This document shows positions 1 to 8,166 of a stretch of DNA of 64,000 nt, in pieces (positions within the stretch are counted from its first letter, which is position 1; each line of letters opens with the position of its first letter). Where the stretch lies: contig CAZWZQ010000008.1 in the NCBI GenBank assembly GCA_964638955.1, positions 824 through 64,823 of the forward strand, written 5' to 3'. The position numbers were made by a program, and so were the translations under genes. The notes beneath the pieces are model-generated. The model ran no database searches. It was not told the origin of the DNA and was given only the letters and a program-made list of their open reading frames with translations. Origin of the DNA: an uncultured Rikenellaceae bacterium (lineage in GTDB: Bacteria > Bacteroidota > Bacteroidia > Bacteroidales > VadinHA17).

Positions 1-1
1 T

Positions 2-673
2 GATGTAAATATTACTGCAACAGGAAGCACAAGAGCGAATCCCAGGGTAATTGGTATCACAAACTGGGGGAGCAATAATGCTGCACGTTATTATTTCGGT
101 GATGTATATAATTCTTTACAGAATGCATACGATTATCGTATGCAGCTTCAGGCATACTGGGGAATTGAAATAGCCGGCAGTCGGCAGACCACGTCCTCTG
201 CACTCGGATTTGCTCAAGGTCAGGATACCGATCCTTCCTTAAATGTCTATGGCAGATTGACAGGAAATCCAATATTAGTTGTTACCCCACCTGCAAGTCT
301 GACAGCAAATATGCAGGAATGGAGAAACTCAGCAGGAACAGATGCTTTAGCTTCTGTAAGTTCAACGGGGCAAATTTCCACATTCGGCGGAGCAACAATC
401 AATGGTGCTTTTAATTATGGAGTTGATCCTGCAGGTGGAGGTGATTCATATACAATAAATCTTTCTCCGGCTCCGACCGCATACACAGCAGGATTTGTAG
501 TAATCTTTAAAGCAGGAGCCTCAAATTTTGGAGCTTGTACCATGAATGTAAATAGCCTGGGAGCACGCTCAATTCTAACTCCAGATGGTGTAAATCCATC
601 CAATGGGGATATAGTAAGTGGTGGAATTTATATTTTAGTATATGACGGTTCAGATTTTTATTTGATACGTTAA
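2..673 (+). CDS. Phage tail-fibre-like protein, C-terminal part (5' end lies outside the window)
   Basis: Frame 2 is open from nt 2 with no stop before the listed Met at 140, so the gene enters from the left edge. The C-terminus (MNVNSLGARSILTPDG..NGDIVSGGIYILVYDGSDFYLIR) resembles the NVNGLGAK....AG....VYDGT.FQL tip motif I recall from phage tail fibres; this was not searched. Confidence 0.45.
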   Translation, partial: DVNITATGSTRANPRVIGITNWGSNNAARYYFGDVYNSLQNAYDYRMQLQAYWGIEIAGSRQTTSSALGFAQGQDTDPSLNVYGRLTGNPILVVTPPASLTANMQEWRNSAGTDALASVSSTGQISTFGGATINGAFNYGVDPAGGGDSYTINLSPAPTAYTAGFVVIFKAGASNFGACTMNVNSLGARSILTPDGVNPSNGDIVSGGIYILVYDGSDFYLIR

Positions 674-734
674 TCTAATCATAAGTTAATTAATGAATTA
701 ATTATGTTAATATCCTTTTTTAAATTGAAATAAT

Positions 735-1451
735 ATGAAATTATCTAAAACACTTACCTTCATCTTTACTTTTTTATGTTTGGGGTCTATTTCCATTTCG
801 GCCCAGCAGCCTGCTCAGAAACAGGTAACACAACCTGCACAGACTCAGGAATCGGTCAAACTCACAAACGAAGCCGACTCCTCACAGTACATCCTCGGCG
901 CATACCTGGGACAGTACCTCAAAGCAAACGGACTGACGATAACAAATGCCAGCCTTTTCATCAAAGGTATGGACGATGTGCTGGCAAACAAGCCGCTGCT
1001 GGTAACCGCTGACAGCATCCCGAAAAAAATGAATGAGTACCTGGTGAAAATGACCAGGGAACGAAACCAGCTTCTCGAGACACAACTGTTCGAAAAAGTC
1101 AAGGGACAACCGGGCGTTGGCATACTTCCAAACGGGGTATGTTATATTATTTCCAGACCGGCCACCGGACAACGGCCTCAGCTTGCCGATTCCGTGGAGA
1201 TACATATTAAGGGATACCTCCCCACGGGAACAGTCTTTGAGGATACCTACACAAGGAACACTCCTCTTAAAACAACACCGGCAAACCTGATCCCGGGAAT
1301 GAAAGAGGCCCTGCAGATAATGCCTGCCGGCTCGGTATGGCGGATATTCATCCCCTCCTCCCTGGCCTACGGCGAAAAGGGAGTGCAGGGTGTAATACCA
1401 CCATATTCAGCTATAGTATTTGATGTGGAATTGTTAAGTGTATATAAATAA
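735..1451 (+). CDS. FKBP-type peptidyl-prolyl cis-trans isomerase (FkpA/FklB-like), secreted
   Basis: There is a signal peptide and an FKBP_N-like helical region. The C-terminal FKBP domain shows VEIHIKGYLPTGTVFEDTY, IPGMKEALQIMPAGSVWRIFIPSSLAYGEKG and AIVFDVELLSV. Confidence 0.9.
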   Translation: MKLSKTLTFIFTFLCLGSISISAQQPAQKQVTQPAQTQESVKLTNEADSSQYILGAYLGQYLKANGLTITNASLFIKGMDDVLANKPLLVTADSIPKKMNEYLVKMTRERNQLLETQLFEKVKGQPGVGILPNGVCYIISRPATGQRPQLADSVEIHIKGYLPTGTVFEDTYTRNTPLKTTPANLIPGMKEALQIMPAGSVWRIFIPSSLAYGEKGVQGVIPPYSAIVFDVELLSVYK

Positions 1452-1496
1452 AGATAAAAAGTAAATAAAAGACACAAGGCACTCGACGCACGACGC

Positions 1497-1657
1497 AGGG
1501 AAGAAAAAAGGAGAGGGGCTGGGAGTGAGTACATGAAGAAAGAAGAGGGGAGAGCGAGAAGGGGAGACAAGGAGTGAAACGACGCAGTTCCGTGAAACGG
1601 AAAAGGGAGAAGAAGATAGTTTAAAGGTTGAAAAATTGAAGAAGTTGAAGGAGTTTT
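1497..1657 (+). repeat. Polypurine-rich tract (A/G-rich on + strand) in the leader of the T9SS cargo gene
   Basis: Read directly: long runs such as gggaagaaaaaaggagagggg, gaagaaagaagaggggagagcgagaaggggagacaaggag and ggaaaagggagaagaagatag. Pyrimidines are sparse, and several GGAG/AGGAG-like strings are present. Confidence 0.7.
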
Positions 1658-1659
1658 AA

Positions 1660-1686
1660 GATCGCATGATCGCATGATCGCACGAT
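1660..1686. repeat. 8-bp tandem repeat GATCGCAT x3.4 (GATCGCAT GATCGCAT GATCGCAC GAT)
   Basis: Read directly. It contains three GATC sites with 8-bp phasing and lies 37 nt upstream of the ATG at 1723. Confidence 0.9.
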
Positions 1687-1722
1687 AAACAAATATTGTT
1701 AACAAGTAACGTTAAATATAGA

Positions 1723-4700
1723 ATGCAAAAGAATCACAGGACAATAAACGCTTCTGTCAGGAACACAATCATCCTGTGTCTTGCATTTATACTTTTACAC
1801 GGATCTTCTGTCCATGCCCAGGTCCTCAACAACGAAGGCGCTGCAATCTCCCTGACAAACAATGTCTTTATGTCTTCCTGGCATTTCTATAACATCGCCG
1901 GTGGAAATATACTTAATAATGGAACTATAAAGCTCTTCGGAGACTATTTAAGCACTTCATCCACCAGCGGAAACGGCACATTCACCCTTATGGGAAACTG
2001 GACCCACAGTGCCGGACTTTTTACCCCCGGGACAAGCACCGTTCTCTTTAATGGCGCAGATGATCAGCTGATAACCCATCCGGATGAAACATTCTTTAAT
2101 TTATCTGTAAGTAACTCCGGAGCAGCCGCGGCTAAAAGAGTGGCAATCGCTAACAATATTAATGTTCTGGGCACACTGTCAATGTCCCTCGGAAATATTG
2201 ATGCCGGCACCTATGTTTTGTACCTTTCCAATACTGCTGCCGCATCTCTTAATTATACCTCTACAACAGAAAGCCGAATATTAGGTAAATTCGAAAGAGG
2301 TGTGGGCGAAGCAGGCAACTACCTGTTCCCATTGGGGACAGGTTCATTCTATAATCCTGCCAATCTCACGACTAACACCACTCCTTCATCCGGTACAATA
2401 TTGTCGGAGTTCTTTACTATACCACCGACAGGAGGCGGTTTTCCGATACCTGACCCGCCTGTTGAGGTCTCAAGAGCATATACCGACGGCTACTGGAGCC
2501 TGACCGCTAAAAACGGCTTTTCTTCCGGAAATTTCAACGTGAATATCAGGGCTGCCGGATTCAACGATTCCATACATGATAATACACGTGTTATAAAACG
2601 TACCGCCGGAGGCGACTGGATCGTTGACGGTTCACACCAGGATGCGGATACGGTCAACAGTATCATTTACAGGAACAACCTTACCGGTGGAATTTCTTCA
2701 TCAGGTACACAGTTTGCCCTTGGCCGCGCAAGGCCTCTTATCATTGATCATCCTCACGATACAACCGTGTGCGAAGAGACCAATCCGACTTTTACAGTCA
2801 TTGCAACAGGAACACAGGCTTTAAGATATAAGTGGTTTAAAGTATCAACTCCGGCTGATATAGAAATTGTCAACGGTGCTCACTATAGCGGGGCAAGGAC
2901 ATCCACTGTCACCATTACCGGCGCTGTGCTTGCCGATACCGGGTATTATTACTGTATAGTAAGCGACAGGTACAGGAACTCCACAAGAACCGATTCCGCA
3001 CATCTGACTGTTAAGAAGATTCCTCGTGCATCAGTATCGCCGGATGTGCAGGATCATGAATGCTCCAATATAGACTTTGATCCGATAGTCCTTGGACTTA
3101 CATATTACGACGATCCCGGTACTACCTTCCTCTGGACCCGTGACAATCCTGATGGAATTACATCACTTTCCGTACCAATGAGCGGAAGCGCATCCAATAT
3201 CGGAGATGTGCTCAGCGGATCATTTACTAATATCACTGATGCACCGATAAAGGTCACTTTCCTGGTAACACCTGTCGGACCTGATCCTACCTATTGCGCT
3301 GGAAATCCTGTACCTGCAGCTGTCACTGTTAACCCGACACCTCGTGTTATGCCGGTTAATGCTGCACCATCTATTTGTAATGGAGAATCCACGGAAATAA
3401 CACTGACCACGCCGACTACCATGACCAAAGGATCAATAGCCTTTGATTATAGTGTAAGCCTGACGGGAGCCCCGGGTGACCTCACCGGAAGCACCACACC
3501 ACAGACAGATCTTTACCCCGGGTATCAAATAATATTCCCTTACCAGAATTCATCAGATACGATACAATCGGTATTCTATACCATTACACCAAAGAACAAT
3601 GACCTGGTATGTACATACGACAGCATCAGAATTCCGGAAGTGAAAGTACATCCGAGTCCGTTGCAGAGGTTCTACATCTCGACACCATTCACCTGTATGG
3701 GAGGCTCTGACGGAGCTCTCACAGCAGTATTGTCAAGAGGATCAAAACCTGATATTCTGAAATGGTGGAGACCATGGCTGGGAGACACAACTTATACCAC
3801 CACTGCCAACACCGATATTCTTCCTGTACAGTATGATGGTAAATACAGGGTAACAGTAACGGATGAGCATGGTTGTGATTCAATAAGTGGGGAAATATTA
3901 ATAGTAGGAGCGAAGCTTGACCCATATTTATATGTTAAGTATAAGGTAAATAACTGTGGCACAACATGTCCCGAATCAAGCGACGGAGAGCTCTGGGTCA
4001 AGGAGACAAGCGGTTCGACAGGCGTTCCTCCATTTGTTTATTCCCTGATCTATAACAACCATGATACGGTTGTTTATTCAGATACCCTGTATGAAAAAGA
4101 ATCATGGAACTATTATTATAACCTTCCTTCAGGAAATTACAGGATCTCTGAAAAGGATGCAAACGGTTGTATCAATATCAACCGTGATAGTATTGATATC
4201 ATTCCTCCGGATGTTATCACTGTCGGATTTGAAAAATACGAATACCCCGGCGGATATAATGTGTCATGCCTTGGATACAGCGACGGGTCGGTAAGTGTAG
4301 ATACTATCTATGGCGGCAGCGGAGGCTACACATACAAATGGACGAAATATAACGGAACAATAACAGGTCCGGATACTCTTGATCATATCGACAATGTTGA
4401 TGCGGGAAAATATTATCTTACCACAACTGACTGGCTTGGCTGCATTAAGGTCGACAGCGTAATTCTTACAGAGCCTGATGGTATGATCTTGTCCGGAAGC
4501 GAAGTGTCATGGAGCAATGACAGCACTTATAATGTATCATGTAACGGTGGTAATGACGGCTATATTAATCTGACGATCACCGGCGGATCGGGGGATTACC
4601 TTTATTCCTGGAGCGGTCCCGATGGCTTTACAGCAACATCCGGGAATATATCCGGACTGGCTGCCGGAACATACACATGTATTGTTACTGATATAAACGG

Positions 4701-6243
4701 ATGTATATTAACACCTAATCCGGTATTTACGCTTACCGAACCTGCTCCGCTGACTATCGATGCAATACCCTCCACATCGATCGACGGATCACATAATATC
4801 AATTGTTATGGAGGTACAGGTTCAATTGATGTTACAATGGCAGGAGGAAGTGTTGGTAATTACAGCTATTCATGGAGTACAGAAGACGGATCAGGACTGG
4901 TTGACGGGCAGGAGGATCAGACGGGTCTTACAGCAGGCACCTATCACCTGGTTGCTGTTGATTCAAATAATTGTGTATCGACTGCGGATATAACTCTCAT
5001 ACAACCACAGCCTCTTGGTCTGACACTTGTCCCGACAAATATCACGTGTGATCCTCCCGGATTCAGTAATGGTTCTGTTAACCTGACTGTAACAGGCGGC
5101 GCAGGACCATACAGCTATAACTGGTCAAATGGAGCAACAACAGAAGATATTTCAGGTCTTACTAAAGAATACTACAGTGTGACGGTTACTGATATAAACG
5201 GATGCACAATAACTGATTCCACCGGAATTAATCTGCCCCCGCTGCTTCTTTATGATGTGATTCTTTCTGATTTTACCGGATATAATGTAAGCTGTTACGG
5301 ACTGTCAAATGGCACAATAAACATTAATTCTACAAGCGGAACTCCTCCATACGTTTTCAACTGGACCGGTCCTGACGGATATACCTCTTCTGACAGGCAT
5401 ATAACAGGACTCAGAGCAGGAGAATATACCATGGTTCTTACCGATTCAAATTCCTGTACTGCTGTGGAAGTTATTGAGCTGACTCAACCTGGCAGGCTTA
5501 CTGTGGATGCAACATTATCACAAAGTCTGGCAGGCGGGTATAATATTAACTGTACAGGCGACAGCACGGGTACAATTGATGTAATTCCGGTTAACAACGT
5601 CGGAAGTGTAACCTGCCTGTGGTCCGACGGGTCGACTTCAGCTTCGAGGACAGGACTCCCTGCAGGAGATTATGGTCTGATCATTACAGATGAAAACAGC
5701 TGTTATGGCGATACAATAATAACTCTGACACAGCCGGATACACTGAAGATCGCATCAGAAACCACACAGCCCTGGTGCCCTGATACACCCGACGGGGAAA
5801 TAAGACTTACTGTTACAGGCGGTGTGGTTGGAACAGATTACGAATACCGATGGTCCGATAATTCAACTACAAGGTATATCACCGATATTTACAGCGGATT
5901 ATACATAGTGACTATATCTGATCTTAACGGATGTGCGCTTACCGATACTATTGACCTCGAGCCTTTGAATGAGACATGTCTGATAATTCCTAACGCCATT
6001 TCGCCAAACGGCGACCTGATAAATGATGAATGGCATATTGGAATGATGGAGATATATCCGCAGGCTGAAGTTAAGGTCTTCAACAGATGGGGTATTGTTG
6101 TCTGGAGATCAGAAAAAGGATACCCGCAGCCCTGGGATGGCAGAAGCAACGGGAAACTTCTGCCGGTTGATTCATATCATTATATTATTGATCTGAATAA
6201 TGGCTCAAAGCCAATTGTGGGTAACATAACTATAATACGATAG
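1723..6243 (+). CDS. T9SS type-B C-terminal-domain cargo: giant surface adhesin with Ig-like, PKD-like and about 9 SprB-type repeats
   Basis: Signal peptide present. About nine ~75-aa modules follow the pattern GYNVSC.G..DG.I...(T)GG..PY.Y.W....G....I.GL.AG.Y...VTD.NGC. The C-terminus (CLIIPNAISPNGDLINDEW....VKVFNRWG..V......WDG........YHYII) matches the gliding-motility-associated / T9SS type B sorting domain. I take ATG 1723 rather than the track's TTG 1696. Confidence 0.9.
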   Translation: MQKNHRTINASVRNTIILCLAFILLHGSSVHAQVLNNEGAAISLTNNVFMSSWHFYNIAGGNILNNGTIKLFGDYLSTSSTSGNGTFTLMGNWTHSAGLFTPGTSTVLFNGADDQLITHPDETFFNLSVSNSGAAAAKRVAIANNINVLGTLSMSLGNIDAGTYVLYLSNTAAASLNYTSTTESRILGKFERGVGEAGNYLFPLGTGSFYNPANLTTNTTPSSGTILSEFFTIPPTGGGFPIPDPPVEVSRAYTDGYWSLTAKNGFSSGNFNVNIRAAGFNDSIHDNTRVIKRTAGGDWIVDGSHQDADTVNSIIYRNNLTGGISSSGTQFALGRARPLIIDHPHDTTVCEETNPTFTVIATGTQALRYKWFKVSTPADIEIVNGAHYSGARTSTVTITGAVLADTGYYYCIVSDRYRNSTRTDSAHLTVKKIPRASVSPDVQDHECSNIDFDPIVLGLTYYDDPGTTFLWTRDNPDGITSLSVPMSGSASNIGDVLSGSFTNITDAPIKVTFLVTPVGPDPTYCAGNPVPAAVTVNPTPRVMPVNAAPSICNGESTEITLTTPTTMTKGSIAFDYSVSLTGAPGDLTGSTTPQTDLYPGYQIIFPYQNSSDTIQSVFYTITPKNNDLVCTYDSIRIPEVKVHPSPLQRFYISTPFTCMGGSDGALTAVLSRGSKPDILKWWRPWLGDTTYTTTANTDILPVQYDGKYRVTVTDEHGCDSISGEILIVGAKLDPYLYVKYKVNNCGTTCPESSDGELWVKETSGSTGVPPFVYSLIYNNHDTVVYSDTLYEKESWNYYYNLPSGNYRISEKDANGCININRDSIDIIPPDVITVGFEKYEYPGGYNVSCLGYSDGSVSVDTIYGGSGGYTYKWTKYNGTITGPDTLDHIDNVDAGKYYLTTTDWLGCIKVDSVILTEPDGMILSGSEVSWSNDSTYNVSCNGGNDGYINLTITGGSGDYLYSWSGPDGFTATSGNISGLAAGTYTCIVTDINGCILTPNPVFTLTEPAPLTIDAIPSTSIDGSHNINCYGGTGSIDVTMAGGSVGNYSYSWSTEDGSGLVDGQEDQTGLTAGTYHLVAVDSNNCVSTADITLIQPQPLGLTLVPTNITCDPPGFSNGSVNLTVTGGAGPYSYNWSNGATTEDISGLTKEYYSVTVTDINGCTITDSTGINLPPLLLYDVILSDFTGYNVSCYGLSNGTININSTSGTPPYVFNWTGPDGYTSSDRHITGLRAGEYTMVLTDSNSCTAVEVIELTQPGRLTVDATLSQSLAGGYNINCTGDSTGTIDVIPVNNVGSVTCLWSDGSTSASRTGLPAGDYGLIITDENSCYGDTIITLTQPDTLKIASETTQPWCPDTPDGEIRLTVTGGVVGTDYEYRWSDNSTTRYITDIYSGLYIVTISDLNGCALTDTIDLEPLNETCLIIPNAISPNGDLINDEWHIGMMEIYPQAEVKVFNRWGIVVWRSEKGYPQPWDGRSNGKLLPVDSYHYIIDLNNGSKPIVGNITIIR

Positions 6244-6266
6244 AAATGTGATAACTTAAGGAGCTT

Positions 6267-7244
6267 GTGAAACGACTTATATACATATTAATATTTATTA
6301 TGGCCGGCAGCCTGGCAGCCGGGCAGCAGGTACCTGTATACAGCCAGTATCTGTTCAATAAGTTCCTTATTAATCCTGCCGTGGCCGGCAGCGATGGTTA
6401 CTCAAGTGTAAATCTCACAGCCAGAGAACAATGGGTGGGTTATTACGGCGCCCCGCGAACATACTCGTTTAGCTTTCAAACCAGGTTACTTAAGCGCAGT
6501 TATATCCTGAAGCAGGTAAGTTCAAGGAAACGGATTTACCGTCCAAAATACGATGGAAAGGTGGGTCTTGGCGGCTATATTTTCAGTGATAAGAACGGGT
6601 TAATTCATAAAACAGGTTTCCAGGTTTCATATTCCTATCACATGTGGTTGCGAAACACCACCCAGTTGTCAATGGGGCTGGCCTTTACCGGTTATCATTA
6701 TAAAATTAATGAAAAGGAGATTGATTTTGAAGATCCCAATGAACCATGGATGAACAGCAACCTTCGCCGGGGAATGTTTGTCCCGGATGCCTCTTTTGGC
6801 ATATATCTTCTTAATGCAAGATACAGTGCGGGATTTTCAGCAGACCAGCTTTTCGAGGCATCAGCAAAAATAGGGGACGTTGCCTATAAAAATGTAAAAG
6901 TGGACAGACACTACTACCTGTTTGGCTCTTACAGCTTCGCTCTCAATACTTATACTGAACTTGAACCGTCATTTCTTTTCGTGATGTCGGAACAACTCAA
7001 ACCCCAGGTTGATATAGGACTCACATATATTTATGAAGAATCATTCTGGGCTGGTTTGGCCTACAGGACAAGCGGAGCCATAATAGCAACTGCAGGCCTC
7101 AAATATCAGAATATTTTCTTTGGATACTCCTTCGATTTTACCCTTCAGGAAATACAGCGGATAACTTATGGAACACATGAAATTACAATAGCCCTGAAGT
7201 TTGGTGATTCGGCACGAAGATACCGCTGGCTGGACAGGTATTAA
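6267..7244 (+). CDS. PorP/SprF family type IX secretion system membrane protein
   Basis: The N-terminus (GQQVPVYSQYLFNKFLINPAVAGSDGY) is the hallmark of PorP/SprF. Size is about 325 aa, and the gene lies 23 nt downstream of a type-B CTD cargo gene. GTG start. Confidence 0.88.
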   Translation: MKRLIYILIFIMAGSLAAGQQVPVYSQYLFNKFLINPAVAGSDGYSSVNLTAREQWVGYYGAPRTYSFSFQTRLLKRSYILKQVSSRKRIYRPKYDGKVGLGGYIFSDKNGLIHKTGFQVSYSYHMWLRNTTQLSMGLAFTGYHYKINEKEIDFEDPNEPWMNSNLRRGMFVPDASFGIYLLNARYSAGFSADQLFEASAKIGDVAYKNVKVDRHYYLFGSYSFALNTYTELEPSFLFVMSEQLKPQVDIGLTYIYEESFWAGLAYRTSGAIIATAGLKYQNIFFGYSFDFTLQEIQRITYGTHEITIALKFGDSARRYRWLDRY

Positions 7245-7278
7245 ATGGCAAAAAGGTACAACGGGAATATTTTCTTGA

Positions 7279-8166
7279 TTAAGCCTTCAGAATATATATC
7301 AGCGAACTACTTCCTTTCTTATTGAACAGGGCAAGTAATGAAAACCAGAGGCCTTTTATCAGGCCTGAAATGAAAGGTAAATTTGCACCTTTGTATCTTT
7401 CACTGAGAATGGAAATATAAAATACATCCGCCGGGAGTCTCTTTATCCCTTTAACTTTGAATCCGTTATTTTCCGTAAAGATTCTGAAGGAATCAGGAGT
7501 GAAATGCCATAAATGCCTTGGCACATCCCAGGCTGCCCAGAACGGCCTGTAATATTTTGCATCAAAGGAGCTGCAGTTAGGCATGGCAATAACACAAACA
7601 CCTCGCGGTTTAAGAATCCGATGAATATCCTGAAGATATTTACCGGGATAATGAAAGTGTTCGAACACATGCCATAGCGTTATACAGTCGAACAATTCCT
7701 CCCGGAATCCGGCTGTTTCACATTCTTTTAAAACCTCGAGACCAAATTTCCCGATTGCAATATTTCGGGCTCCCTCATCTTTTTCCACTCCTGTAACTCT
7801 CCATTTTCCTTTCTTCATGAATGCAGCAAAATAGCCTGTGCCACATCCTATATCAAGAAGAGTACCTGTTTTTAATCCTGTTGCCCTCCTTATAATGTTT
7901 CTCTTACGGTAAAGCATCAGGTTGCGGGTGAAATGGAAAAGTCTGTTTGTAAATCCTTTTTTTGTATCGCTGTGTGAAATATAATCCCCTGTATCGTAAT
8001 ATTTATCAATGTCAGCCTCTTCAGGAGGATCTGCTGTAAAAGTAAAACTGCAATTTTTGCAGGTATATATATCGAAATTTCCGCTACCGGTAAGATAGTC
8101 CTGGCATCTCAGGATGAAAGCAGTATCGTCACTTTCACAGACAAGACACCTATTCACTTTTGTCAT
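7279..8166 (-). CDS. Class I SAM-dependent methyltransferase with N-terminal Cys4 zinc-ribbon
   Basis: CLVCES...CKNC ribbon, SAM motif I LLDIGCGTGYFA, and ITLWHVFEHF. The start overlaps the stop of the upstream YfhO-like gene by 17 nt. Confidence 0.8.
   Translation of the reverse strand: MTKVNRCLVCESDDTAFILRCQDYLTGSGNFDIYTCKNCSFTFTADPPEEADIDKYYDTGDYISHSDTKKGFTNRLFHFTRNLMLYRKRNIIRRATGLKTGTLLDIGCGTGYFAAFMKKGKWRVTGVEKDEGARNIAIGKFGLEVLKECETAGFREELFDCITLWHVFEHFHYPGKYLQDIHRILKPRGVCVIAMPNCSSFDAKYYRPFWAAWDVPRHLWHFTPDSFRIFTENNGFKVKGIKRLPADVFYISILSERYKGANLPFISGLIKGLWFSLLALFNKKGSSSLIYILKA

Noticed and set aside
1367-1705. 112-aa minus-strand ORF spanning the FKBP/T9SS intergenic region
   Set aside because: It is the translation of the polypyrimidine complement of the polypurine tract (low-complexity S/L/P/F-rich peptide). 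It has no recognisable domain and overlaps the FKBP gene 3' end. It is most likely non-coding.
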